DNA of 58,687 nt from Mycobacteriales bacterium (GCA_038276285.1 JBBPZR010000077.1:1-58687), one strand, 5' to 3'. Positions 9,885 through 19,569 are shown, numbered from the stretch's first letter. The notes: a model not told the origin generated them from the letters alone. Made by a program: numbers and translations.

Positions 9885-9935
9885 TACTTCCCAGACCGCT
9901 TCCCAAAGGCATCACCGGGAAGTAGTATGGGAAGC
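9885..9935 (+). promoter_or_regulatory. Candidate promoter with four operator half-sites
   Basis: TTCCCA(9900-9905)-17 nt-TAGTAT(9923-9928), 7 nt before an in-frame GTG at 9936. CTTCCCA at 9887 and 9899; inverted copies (C/T)GGGAAG at 9916 and 9928. Confidence 0.55.
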
Positions 9936-10736
9936 GTGACCGTTGAGCCGTTCGGTGCGAGCGTTCGTGAGGTTCCCCTCCCGCGCGCGCCGCTGGTCTT
10001 TGTTGTCGCGCAGGCGCGCTTCGAGCGAGTCGCGTCGATCCTCTCCGAGGAGTTCATCGGCGGATTCCAAGAGGCCATCCGGGGCAGCTATCCGAAGATG
10101 CGGCGTGAGCAGCAGTCGTCGGTGTTGATTGGCCCGGACGGACGTCTCCTGACAACAGACGCCGGGACGGTGTGGCGCTTCGACGAGCACCCGGAACGCT
10201 GGCAAGTCGCGCTCTCGCCGGACTCGGTCGCCCTCTCCACTACCAGTTACACGAGCAGGAGCGACTTCATCGCCCGCTTGGCTGCGGTTCTCGCTGCCGC
10301 GCAGCGACATCTCGGGCTGCGGTTCTGTGACCGGCTCGGCGTTCGCTACGTCGATCGCGTAACCGGTGACGACCTCCTCGATCGCCTGGCCGATCTCATC
10401 GCGGATGAAGTCAGGGGAGTGGTTGGCGCCCCGCTCGGCGAGGCGGGGGCCGAACAGATTCATTCGTTCTCGGACACGACCTACTGCTTGCCAGACAATA
10501 CTGAGCTGCATGCGCGGTGGGGCGTCCTACCTGCACACGCAACCCTCGATCCAGCCATCGCGGCGGCAGACGTCCGGAGTTGGGTTCTGGATCTAGATGC
10601 CTACACGCGCACGCAGGAGAGCTTTGACGCGACCGCGCTGACCACGCGCGCGGAAGGCCTCTGCAAGCGGATTTACCGCTTCTTCCGGTGGGCGGTGAGC
10701 GAGGACTTTCTAGTTGCGCACGGCGGGCATCCGTGA
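9927..10736 (+). CDS. TIGR04255-family-like protein
   Basis: PLPRAPLVFVVAQARF start, YTSRSDF, RLGVRYVD and WVLDLD...IYRFFRWAV match the family pattern as I recall it. Real start may be GTG 9936. Confidence 0.75.
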   Translation: MGSVTVEPFGASVREVPLPRAPLVFVVAQARFERVASILSEEFIGGFQEAIRGSYPKMRREQQSSVLIGPDGRLLTTDAGTVWRFDEHPERWQVALSPDSVALSTTSYTSRSDFIARLAAVLAAAQRHLGLRFCDRLGVRYVDRVTGDDLLDRLADLIADEVRGVVGAPLGEAGAEQIHSFSDTTYCLPDNTELHARWGVLPAHATLDPAIAAADVRSWVLDLDAYTRTQESFDATALTTRAEGLCKRIYRFFRWAVSEDFLVAHGGHP

Positions 10737-11455
10737 GCACCTCCGTTGCGGACTTCCGGCCGACGTCATCGACCGTCCTCGAGACGAGCCGTGGCCGCGC
10801 AGTGGCGCTCCAGACGGGTTTGCTCCTTGCCGCCGTGTTCGGGACTAACGCGGGAGTCCCGGGCGTCATTCGCTGGGTTGATGATGCGCCGCTCGTGACG
10901 ACAACGCCGGTGAACGATCGGACGAGAGCATTCCTTAGCATCGCCAATGAGGTGCGAGAACTCCGCGACGAGATCTGCACGTACGGGCTCACACGGCAGG
11001 AAGTTGCGCGCGCCGTTGGCGTCGACCGGCGGTCGCTCTCTGGATGGGTTAGTGGAGAGATCCGACCGTCAGCCGATCGGCTTCATGTGCTTCGCCTTTT
11101 GGGGCGCCTCGTCGCCGACATCGCCACAGAGCGCCCAGATCACGTTCGCGACGTTCTCCTCGTTCGGCGAAGCGGGACGGCGTTGATCGATCGCGTCGTG
11201 GTGAATGGAGCAACGCTTCTGCGGACCTGGCGCGCTACAGCTCGGCCAGACGCGACCGTCGCTCTGCGCGCCGCACCAGGGCAGTTTCGTGAGCCAATCT
11301 GGGCACCGGCTGAAGCAGCTCTCGCGGAAGGCCGACTCACGCCGCCAACTTGGGAGCGAACCATGCGGCCCGACACCGCCTATGAAATGGACGTGGACGA
11401 GGCAGGAGCATTCCATGAACCCGAGCCTCACCCCCGGCGGCGGGGTTACCGATGA
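10733..11455 (+). CDS. Xre/Cro-type HTH protein with N- and C-terminal extensions (candidate antitoxin)
   Basis: GLTRQEVARAVGVDRRSLSGWVSGEIRPS HTH. The GTG start overlaps the upstream stop (GTGA 10733-10736). Confidence 0.75.
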   Translation: MSTSVADFRPTSSTVLETSRGRAVALQTGLLLAAVFGTNAGVPGVIRWVDDAPLVTTTPVNDRTRAFLSIANEVRELRDEICTYGLTRQEVARAVGVDRRSLSGWVSGEIRPSADRLHVLRLLGRLVADIATERPDHVRDVLLVRRSGTALIDRVVVNGATLLRTWRATARPDATVALRAAPGQFREPIWAPAEAALAEGRLTPPTWERTMRPDTAYEMDVDEAGAFHEPEPHPRRRGYR

Positions 11456-12213
11456 TTCCGGCAGACGACTTTTTCGTTGCCAATGCTGGGGCGCCGAAAC
11501 AGGGCGACATTCTTCTCGCGGGCGTGGCGCGCCTCGTCGCCGAGGATCGCTTCTCGCCGCGCGCGTGGGAGTCGCTGGACGCCGCGGACATCACTCTCGA
11601 CCTGCCGGACCGCGACCGGCCGCTCCGCTTGATGGCCGGTATGGCGCTCGTAATGGTCACCTCGCACGACTGTCACTTCGACAAGCAATGGAACCGTGCT
11701 CGCACCGCGCTGATCGAGGAGGGCCTCGACGAAGCTAGCGCAAACCGGCGAGCCGACGCGGATAAGACGCTCGACCGCACCTTCACGGCCAGTCCACTCG
11801 TCCTACCAACTGAACTGTCCGTTGACCAAGGTAACCTCATGGCCGGACGCGTCGTCGGCTACCTCCCGGTGCCGGCCTCGCCGGACGGCCTCGTCCCAGC
11901 GTCCGCCGTCGACCTCACGTACCGCGCGACGCTCGACCGCCTCGACATCGTCCGCGTCGCCTGTGTTAGCGCAGCCGCACGAGCGCAGCTGCGCTACGCG
12001 CTCGCACGTCTCGATTCGCTCCGCGCGACGAGTGTGGGCTTCGATCTCGAAGCGGTCGTTGGCCGACACATTGAGCGCGTGAGTTTCCCAAGGCAGCATC
12101 CCCTCTTCGTCCGGTTACACCTCGACGACGGGAGTCACGTCGACCTGCTGCAGCAACCGGCAGAGCTGCATGAGGGACCGGCTCGGACGGCCCCGCCCGG
12201 GCCCGCCGCCTAG
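11452..12213 (+). CDS. Hypothetical protein with divergent MazF/PemK-like motif order (candidate toxin)
   Basis: ATGA-coupled to the upstream gene. QGDIL...VMVTSHDC...ASPL...SAVDL..RATLDRL..VRVACVS...L..AL parallels the MazF order RGDI...VVS.D...PLT...S.V..DQI.T.D..RL. The gene is well supported; the fold is an inference. Confidence 0.6.
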   Translation: MIPADDFFVANAGAPKQGDILLAGVARLVAEDRFSPRAWESLDAADITLDLPDRDRPLRLMAGMALVMVTSHDCHFDKQWNRARTALIEEGLDEASANRRADADKTLDRTFTASPLVLPTELSVDQGNLMAGRVVGYLPVPASPDGLVPASAVDLTYRATLDRLDIVRVACVSAAARAQLRYALARLDSLRATSVGFDLEAVVGRHIERVSFPRQHPLFVRLHLDDGSHVDLLQQPAELHEGPARTAPPGPAA

Positions 12214-12525
12214 TGGAGACGTGGCGGGCAAAGGGGCAGATCGCAGCCCCTTGAAGACGAACTCACCCGCGAACGTGCGTTGCCGCGCAGGGTCTGACGT
12301 ACTCGCCGTCGGGGGCGGTCATAGCCGCTGCTACCACGTCGCTGCTGGAGCAGATGGGCGGCGACCTCAACTTCGACTACCGGAATGCGTGGCTACGCGA
12401 CCTCGGTCTGGTCATCCGCTCATTGTGGATCGCGGCGTGCCCGTGCGCATTGAACTCGTCCAGATCATGTACGGCGTCGACGGCGAACGCGACCTCACCC
12501 ATCACGTGTAGGAACACCTTGCGGG

Positions 12526-12680
12526 CTACCGGTCAAGCTCCCCGGTCAGGGTGGGCAGCGAGGCGTGGTAGCAGGACCAGCTCGACGTCTTCGGTGAGGT
12601 GTCGGCTTGGGCGACGAGGTGGAGGTTGTGCTCGACGACCGTGCAGGTGTGGCCGGCAGCCGCCGCATGAAGACGTGCCC
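12526..12680 (-). pseudogene. UvrA-like ABC ATPase C-terminal remnant
   Basis: AGHTCTVVEHNLHLVAQAD resembles the UvrA GNTVVVVEHNLDVI..AD switch region. Flanks are degenerate. Confidence 0.4.
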
Positions 12681-12816
12681 ACCTGCTGGGAGTCCCGCGG
12701 CGGTGAGCTTGTGGCGCGATCGGCCCCCCGCGGGAAGAGCTGGTCGACCGTGGCTGTGCTCCCATGTCGGAGACGGCGCGACGCATGCTGTGACGGCTCC
12801 GGGGTAGACGGCGGTC

Positions 12817-13503
12817 ATGGGTGTTCGCATGGATGTGATCGTGTTCGACGTCAACGAGACGCTGTCGGACATGGCACCGTTGGCTGACCGGTTCACCGAG
12901 ATGGGCGCGCCGGGTGCGCTGATGCAGACTTGGTTCGCGGGGTTGCTGCGCGACGGTTTCGCGCTGACGGCGGTCGGTCAGAATCCGGCGTTCGCCGAGG
13001 TGGGCCGTGGAGTGCTGCGCAGTCTCCTCTCCTCGGTCGATGACCTGGACCGGGACGTCGATGATGCGGTGGAGAATGTGATGAGCGGGTTCGGCGGTCT
13101 CGCGCTGCACCCGGATGTGGTCGATGGGCTGCGGCTGCTTGCTGATCACGGTATTCGCCTGGTCACCCTCACCAACGGCTCTACCGCAGTGGCTGCGAAC
13201 CTGTTCGCCACCGCCGGAGTCGCCGACGATTTCGAGCGGCTCCTCAGCGTCGAGGACGCGGGAGCGTGGAAGCCCGCTCGCGAAGCCTATGCGTACGCAG
13301 CCGAGCAGTGCGGCACGTCACTCGAAGCGATGCTGCTGGTCGCCGTCCACCCGTGGGACATAGACGGAGCGAAGCGGGCCGGGATGCAGGCAGCCTGGCT
13401 AGACCGGCGAGCAACGCCTTACCCGGGCCACTTCACCGAACCCGACATGATCGCGCGGACCCTCGATGAGTTGGCGACGGCTGTCATCGGCGCCCCCAAC
13501 TGA
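12817..13503 (+). CDS. Haloacid dehalogenase type II (HAD family)
   Basis: VIVFDVNETL, TLTNGS, WKPA..AY and VAVHPWDIDGA motifs. Start may be 12829. Confidence 0.9.
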   Translation: MGVRMDVIVFDVNETLSDMAPLADRFTEMGAPGALMQTWFAGLLRDGFALTAVGQNPAFAEVGRGVLRSLLSSVDDLDRDVDDAVENVMSGFGGLALHPDVVDGLRLLADHGIRLVTLTNGSTAVAANLFATAGVADDFERLLSVEDAGAWKPAREAYAYAAEQCGTSLEAMLLVAVHPWDIDGAKRAGMQAAWLDRRATPYPGHFTEPDMIARTLDELATAVIGAPN

Positions 13504-13846
13504 GCTGGCGACGGTGTCACCCCGTCGCAAAAGGGCTCGCCCGCCGTCCGACGCTGCGTCACCGCACTTCGCCGGCTTCACGATGTTGCCGACTCGGGTT
13601 ACTACCACTGGCGGCACCTGGCCGGTGTCGGGCCGCGACTATTGCCGACACGAAGTTGGCCGAGACGATCCGCCAGGTTCATCAGGCCCCGCGTGGGGTG
13701 TGACGGCGCGCCGCGGGTGGACGCCGAGCTGCGTCTGGGCAGCGGTATGCGGGAGGTCGCCGCGTGCACGTAGGCTCTCCAGTGAGGGTGGCGGTGTGCC
13801 GATGATTGGTTGGTCGAAATAATTGACCGCATCGGGGAGACTCAAG

Positions 13847-14080
13847 ATGATGAACACGCGCGCGATCTCAAGGCTGCTTGCCGGCGGGGTCTTGGCTGCC
13901 GCCGTCGCTGTACTGCCGCTCTCGGCATTCGCGGTAAGCCAATCCACGGCCCTGGGCACGGCCAAGCCGAACGGCACCTCCTGGAGCATGTCGTCGGTGA
14001 GTGGCACTTGGTCCAGCGGCGCCTGGAACGGTGGGGCCTCGCCCGGCGGGGCTCCCCCTAACGGGACGTCTCTCAGCTGA
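13847..14080 (+). CDS. Small secreted protein (77 aa) with PNGTS(W/L)S repeats
   Basis: GGGGAG RBS at 13834. Sec signal MMNTRAISRLLAGGVLAAAVAVLPLSAFA ends in AFA. The mature part is Gly/Ser/Trp-rich. Confidence 0.65.
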   Translation: MMNTRAISRLLAGGVLAAAVAVLPLSAFAVSQSTALGTAKPNGTSWSMSSVSGTWSSGAWNGGASPGGAPPNGTSLS

Positions 14081-14124
14081 CTCTTCATGGCCCTACCAGC
14101 CATGGCACACGGATCGCCCGCGCG

Positions 14125-16701
14125 TTGAACGATCTGGGGCTCGGGAGTACGTTCAGGCGCCTCAATCGGTCACCCGGTGAACTTCGGGTGGCCGGCTTCG
14201 CCCTCCTGCTGGCCGGCCTGGCCGTGCTGCTGTTCCTGCTGCCGGCGTCTGGGCCGGTCCAGTCCGGCCGCACGATCTGGATCGCGCTGGCGCTCGCGCT
14301 GCTGTTCGCAGCAGCCGACAGCAGCCTGATCCACGTCGACGTACGGCAGCAGACGTTCACCATCTCCCTCAGCGAATTTCCCTTGGCGCTGGGGCTATTC
14401 CTGCTGCCACCGATATGGCTCATCAGCGCCAGGGTCCTGGCCGGCGCCGGGGTGTTTCTGCTGCGCCGAACTGCCCAAATCAAGGTCATCTTCAATCTCG
14501 GCCTGTTCGCCGCCGAAATCTGCGCCGCCGAGCTGGTGTTCTTATCCTTGCGCCCAGGCAACGGCCTGCCTCCGCGAGACTGGCTGATCACCTGCGTGGC
14601 CGTCCTGGTGGTCGACGTGATGGGGCCGGCTGCGGTGATCATCGCGATGCGTCTACTCGACAGTCGCCTCACCAGATCCGAACTGCTGCGCAGACTTCCG
14701 GCGGTCGCCCTCACCGGAGCCCTCACCGGCGCCCTCAACGTGACCATGGCGCTTCTGACGCTTGAAGCTCTCCGCTTGGACAAGGCAGCCCTGTATCTGA
14801 TTGCGATCCTCGGCGTGGTGGTGGCGACCGCCTACCGTGCGTACCGCCGGCTGCTCCGTCAACACGCAGACCTCGGGCAGCTGTTCGCCTTCACCCAGAC
14901 GGTGGGCGCAGCCGAAACCCGTGACGATATGGTCGCGGAGCTACTGAAGCAGGCCGGTGAGCTGCTGCAGGCCGAGATCTCCGTGCTGCGACTGCCGCCG
15001 GCGGAGGTCGCGAATTCGGCGACGATCACCTCGGTCGAGCCGGCCCTGCCCCTCGAACCCGTGGTCATACCGAGCGGCACGCGCGACCCACTGCTGCGCG
15101 CGTGGCTCACCCAGACCGGCCTGCGCGACGCCCTGCTCGTTCCGCTGTTCGACGACGGAGGGGTGATTGGCGTTCTCCAGGTGGCTAACCGCAGCGGAGT
15201 GGGCACCTTCAGCGCCCGGGATCTCCAGCTGCTGCAGACCCTCTCCGCGCACGCCGAGGTGATTCGGCACAACGGAGCGCTGCTCGGTCAACTTCGGTAC
15301 GACGCGCAGCACGACGCCCTGACCGGCCTGGCCAACCGGAGCCTGTTCCTCACCCGGCTCGACGAGCAACTGGCGACCTGCGCGGCGCCGGGCCTCGACG
15401 ACGAGCAGCTGTCGGCCGCGACCGACCCGGCGAACGTCGAAGCCGCCGTCCTGCTGCTCGACCTCGACCGGTTCAAGGAGGTCAACGACACGCTCGGGCA
15501 TCACGTCGGGGATCTGTTGCTCTGCCAGGTCGCCGCGCGGCTGGAGGCCACCCTCCCGGCCGGCGCCTTGGTCTCCCGTCTTGGGGGCGACGAGTTCGCC
15601 GTACTGCTCGGCCAGTGCCACTCGGCAGGGGACGCATACGACGCGGCCGTCACCGTCCGGCAGGCGTTCGCGGGGGCGTTCGCGGTCGCCGGAACGGCTC
15701 TGGAGGTCGGGGCTTCGGTGGGAATCGCTCTCATTCCAACCGATGGGCGGCGGTCGGCCTTCGTACTGCAACATGCCGATGTCGCGATGTACGCGGCCAA
15801 GCGGGCATCGACCGGGGTGGCTCGTTATCAACGCGGCGACGACCAGAGCAGCCTGAGCCGGTTGGCCCTCGCGGGTGAACTGCGTTATGCCATCGAAGCC
15901 GGCGAGTTGATCATCCATTATCAGCCACAGATGGACCTCACCGACGACCGGATCATCGGCTACGAGGCGCTGGTCCGCTGGAATCATCCTCGCCGCGGCT
16001 TGCTCCCGCCGGACGAGTTCATCGACGTCGCGGAGCAGACGGGGCTCATTGGAGCGCTCACCCGTGAGGTGCTGCGCCAGGCGCTGCACCAGTGCCAGGT
16101 GTGGGTCACCGATGATCCCGACATCAGGATGGCGGTCAACCTGTCCGCTCGGGGGCTGCTCGAACAGGGCCTTCCGACCTACGTCAGTGAAGTGCTGGCT
16201 CAGGCCGGCTTGCCCGCCGAGATGCTCACCTTGGAGATCACCGAGAGCAGCGTCATGGGGGACTTCGAGGCGGCGTTGGCCGCCCTTGAACACCTACATG
16301 CCCTGGGGGTGCGGCTGTCGGTCGACGACTTCGGCACCGGCTACAGCTCGCTGGCCTACCTGCAGCGACTACCGGTCGACGAAGTGAAGATCGACAAGTC
16401 CTTTATCATCCCGATGAGCGTCTCACCCAACGCCGCCGCCATCGTGCGGGCGATCGTCGATCTCGCTCATACCATGAACCTGACCGTGGTCGCGGAGGGT
16501 GTCGAGGATGAGCGCTCCCGGCACGCGCTCGTGAGCATGGGCTGCGACACGATGCAGGGCTTCCTGTTGAGTCGACCCCTGCGCCCGGAGGACGTCGCCC
16601 CCTGGCGCGACGCCCACGCACGGCATGCCGCCGTGGGCCGGCCGGCCCGGCTTCGCCGGGTCGACTCGTCCACCGGCGTCCGCCGGATCGAGCGACTCTA
16701 A
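14125..16701 (+). CDS. Membrane-bound GAF-GGDEF-EAL diguanylate cyclase/phosphodiesterase
   Basis: About 7-8 N-terminal TMs, a GAF-like region, HDALTGLANR, RLGGDEF, YEALVRW and DDFGTGYSSL, all intact. Confidence 0.93.
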   Translation: MNDLGLGSTFRRLNRSPGELRVAGFALLLAGLAVLLFLLPASGPVQSGRTIWIALALALLFAAADSSLIHVDVRQQTFTISLSEFPLALGLFLLPPIWLISARVLAGAGVFLLRRTAQIKVIFNLGLFAAEICAAELVFLSLRPGNGLPPRDWLITCVAVLVVDVMGPAAVIIAMRLLDSRLTRSELLRRLPAVALTGALTGALNVTMALLTLEALRLDKAALYLIAILGVVVATAYRAYRRLLRQHADLGQLFAFTQTVGAAETRDDMVAELLKQAGELLQAEISVLRLPPAEVANSATITSVEPALPLEPVVIPSGTRDPLLRAWLTQTGLRDALLVPLFDDGGVIGVLQVANRSGVGTFSARDLQLLQTLSAHAEVIRHNGALLGQLRYDAQHDALTGLANRSLFLTRLDEQLATCAAPGLDDEQLSAATDPANVEAAVLLLDLDRFKEVNDTLGHHVGDLLLCQVAARLEATLPAGALVSRLGGDEFAVLLGQCHSAGDAYDAAVTVRQAFAGAFAVAGTALEVGASVGIALIPTDGRRSAFVLQHADVAMYAAKRASTGVARYQRGDDQSSLSRLALAGELRYAIEAGELIIHYQPQMDLTDDRIIGYEALVRWNHPRRGLLPPDEFIDVAEQTGLIGALTREVLRQALHQCQVWVTDDPDIRMAVNLSARGLLEQGLPTYVSEVLAQAGLPAEMLTLEITESSVMGDFEAALAALEHLHALGVRLSVDDFGTGYSSLAYLQRLPVDEVKIDKSFIIPMSVSPNAAAIVRAIVDLAHTMNLTVVAEGVEDERSRHALVSMGCDTMQGFLLSRPLRPEDVAPWRDAHARHAAVGRPARLRRVDSSTGVRRIERL

Positions 16702-16704
16702 GCC

Positions 16705-16867
16705 CAACGCTGATCTTCGCGCTCTTCATGTCCTTCCCCCGCAACGACGCTGTCCACCGGCCGCCAGCCATCGGCGGCGTGGCTGGCGAGAGTCCATTTC
16801 AAAAGCCTGCGTCGAACTTGCCGGTTGAACTTCTCACGCGTTCGGTCAGCAGCTTGTTCGTGAGCAT
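16705..16867 (-). pseudogene. Possible DUF4177-like small gene remnant
   Basis: GGAGG RBS + MLTNKLLTER..STGKFD, then a stop/frameshift and SHAADGWRPV in another frame. Confidence 0.35.
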
Positions 16868-16906
16868 GGGGGCTTCCTCCGTTGTCGCCTCCCGACGGGA
16901 GCTCCC

Positions 16907-17119
16907 TCAGGCGTGGCCCTTGGTGTCTGGGGTCGGGAAGAACAGTGACTCGATCGGGTCGCCGAACACTTCGGCGATCTTGAACGCCAGGGGCAGGCTC
17001 GGGTCGTAGCGTCCTGTCTCAATCGCATTGACGGTCTGCCGGGACACGTCGAGGCGGTCAGCCAGATCCGCCTGGCTCCACCGGCGGCCGGCTCGCAGCT
17101 CGCGGAGCCGGTTCCTCAC
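16907..17119 (-). CDS. Xre-family HTH transcriptional regulator
   Basis: NRLRELR...WSQADLA..LDVSRQTVNAIETGRYDPSLPLAFKIA. GTGA-coupled to the upstream gene. Confidence 0.93.
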   Translation of the reverse strand: MRNRLRELRAGRRWSQADLADRLDVSRQTVNAIETGRYDPSLPLAFKIAEVFGDPIESLFFPTPDTKGHA

Positions 17120-17538
17120 CGCCGATTCCGACTCCGGATCGCCAGCGCCGCGATCCAGGTCAGGATGCCGGCGGCGGAGATGACCTGCAGTGACTGCCGA
17201 GCGCTGCCCACCTTTGCGGCGTCGAGAAGCCCGCCCATCAGCGACAAGACGATCACCACGCCCAAGCCGATCGCCATGGCCTCGAGCGCCACGACCCGCT
17301 GATATTCATCGGCGCGCGCGAGCCTGCGCAGTTGAGCCCACACCAGCCACCCAGCCGGGATGATCGGAGACAGCGACCACAGCAGGTACCCGGCGCCCGC
17401 CCGACCGTCGGGGTTGACCACGACGAGGGTGCCTTGCAGCACCAGAAGAGCCAGGACGCCTGGCCACACGTCACGCAACGCCGCACGGTCACGTGCCACA
17501 TCGCTTGCACTCCTGCGCTCCGAGTCTGCGTTTCGCAT
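17116..17538 (-). CDS. Four-TM membrane protein
   Basis: Hydrophobic helices and an ADEYQR motif; typical partner of small Xre regulators. Confidence 0.75.
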   Translation of the reverse strand: MRNADSERRSASDVARDRAALRDVWPGVLALLVLQGTLVVVNPDGRAGAGYLLWSLSPIIPAGWLVWAQLRRLARADEYQRVVALEAMAIGLGVVIVLSLMGGLLDAAKVGSARQSLQVISAAGILTWIAALAIRSRNRR

Positions 17539-17543
17539 GCACA

Positions 17544-17583
17544 GCTGTAAAGGAACCTTGTCAGTATGTCAAGTTTCCCTGAT
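17544..17583 (-). promoter_or_regulatory. Promoter (TTGACA -35) overlapped by two Xre operator-like palindromes
   Basis: TTGACA on the minus strand at 17572-17567. Imperfect palindromes GTAAAG-GAAC-CTTGTC 17547-17562 and GTCAAG-TTTC-CCTGAT 17568-17583. ATG is very close, so probably leaderless. Confidence 0.55.
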
Positions 17584-17615
17584 AGTCGCGCTGGGCCACC
17601 GGCGGCAAACGGTGC

Positions 17616-17730
17616 ATGGCTGGCTGGAGTGAGGCCTTCCAGGTGCTCGTACGGGCAAGCCAGCGCACCAACCGCAAGGTGCACGACATCGTCAAGGACC
17701 TCGTCAGCAGCGGCGAGCTGCCCGTTGTAG
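17616..17730 (+). pseudogene. Isolated ANTAR-domain C-terminal fragment
   Basis: EAFQVLVRASQRTNRKVHDIVKDLV matches ANTAR AF..L...SQ..N.K..D.A. The rest of the domain is missing. Confidence 0.55.
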
Positions 17731-17882
17731 ACCCCGGCACTCGCGGGCGCATAGGCACGGTGATCGTCGAAGTATCGCAAACGCCACTCAAGGCCACACA
17801 GTGTTGGATAGCCTGCCATCGCGCGAGGGGGGCGACCGGTGTCCGATCAGGTACGGGGTTCGTTCGGGAGGGGATCAGGGGC

Positions 17883-19531
17883 ATGGCTATCTCACGATCT
17901 GTTCGGCTCGTTGCGGTTGCCGCGACGGCTTTCTCGACCGTCGCCTTGACGGTGCTCGCCGGGCCTGGCGGTGCGAACGCTCGCACTGCCACCGCGACTG
18001 GCTCAAGCGGCTGCACCGGCAGCACGGTGTCGGCGAACCACGCCGCGCCAGCGGGTGTGCGGCCTCGGCCGGTCAGCCCGCAGTTCCTGGTGCCGGATCA
18101 GGCCGCGTACGCGCGCGATAAGGCGGCCGCGAACGCTGCCACGGCCCGGCTGGCGCGGCCCGCTCGGACGGCGCCGTTGGCGCCGGTCAAGGTAAAGAGC
18201 TGGCAGGGAATCAACGACACGACCAATGCACCATCGGATACGACGAGCGCGGTCGGCACGACGCGATTCATCGAGTTCATCAACGCTGACTACGCGCTCT
18301 ACAACAAGACGAGCACCGTGCCTTGGCTACCGGAGCGCTGACCGACATCACCGGGTGCGTCACCAGCTTCTGCACCGAATCGGTGTTTGACCCGCAGATC
18401 ATCTGGGATCCCGGGACACGACGCTTCTTCTACGCGGCCGACGACATCGTCGACGCCACCCACAACTATCTCGTGCTTGGTTGGTCCACATCCGCGACGC
18501 CGACCGCTACCAGTTGGTGCAGGTACAACCTGTCATTCGGCGCGTCGTTCCCGGACTACCCGAAGCTCGGCGACACCGCGGACTTCACGCTTATCGGCAC
18601 GAACATCTTCAACACCAGCAACGCTTTCACCGGCTCTGACATCTCCTGGATCTCCAAGCCGCCCGCAGGCACCACCTGCGCGTTGGCGTCGTCACTCAAG
18701 GCCAGCACCGTCGCCGGGTTGAAGAACTCCAACGGCACCGCGGCGTTCCCCCCCGTACCGGCGAACCAGACGGACACCTCCCCGACCGGAGGGGCGGTCG
18801 CACGTCCAGCGGCTCTGCCGGCGACCGGAGCTACCTTCCTCACGGTGTTCAAGGTCACCAAGAACGCCACCACCGGCGCCGCGGTCATCCCGGCGACGGG
18901 CGCATCGGTGCCCGTGGCGGCCTATAAGGTGCCGGCCGCAGCGCCGCAGCTGGGTACGACCAACAAGCTCGATACGTCCGATACCCGCAACACCCAGGCG
19001 GTGTCGGCGGTCGATCCGGCCCACGGCACATCGGTCGGCCTGTGGACACAGCACACGGTCTTCGGGGGCGCCGGAGCCCAGGTTCGCTCGTACGAGATCA
19101 ACCCGGTGACCCACACGCTGTTCCAGAGCGGCGTGGTGATAAGTACCAGTGTCTTCACCTTCAACGGCGCGATCTCTCCCGACCGGGTGGTCAACGGGAC
19201 CACGAAGCGGTTCGGGTCCAACATGGTGCTCGACGTCAACACCTCCTCGTCCTCGACCAAGTCGACGCTGAAAATGGTGTCCAAGGTCGGCACCGCGGCG
19301 CAGTCTGCTCCGGTGCTGATCGCCACCTCCTCCGGCCCCGACATCGGTTTCGACTGTGTGCGGCTGGGCGGAAAGTGCCGCTGGGGGGACTATGCCGCGG
19401 CCACGCCGGATCCGTCCGCCCCGTCGACCGGCACCGCCGGCATTGTCTGGGGTACCTCGATGCTCACGTTCAGTTCGACTGACACAACGTCGGCCAACTG
19501 GACTACGCGGAACTTCGAGGCCAAGCCCTAA
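17883..19531 (+). pseudogene. Secreted Thr/Ser-rich protein (RWGDY motif family) with one frameshift
   Basis: Signal peptide from ATG 17883. PSD...AVG...EFIN in the first frame; FDPQIIWD, DYPKLG and RWGDY in a second frame. The single shift near 18322 could be a sequencing error. Confidence 0.7.
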
Positions 19532-19569
19532 GCGCGGGCCAGCTCAGCGGAAGGCAGGCGGGCGAAACG

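Noticed and set aside
12214-12511. Possible fourth gene of the TIGR04255 cassette
   Set aside because: No coupled start and only short broken frames; looks like an unidentifiable remnant.
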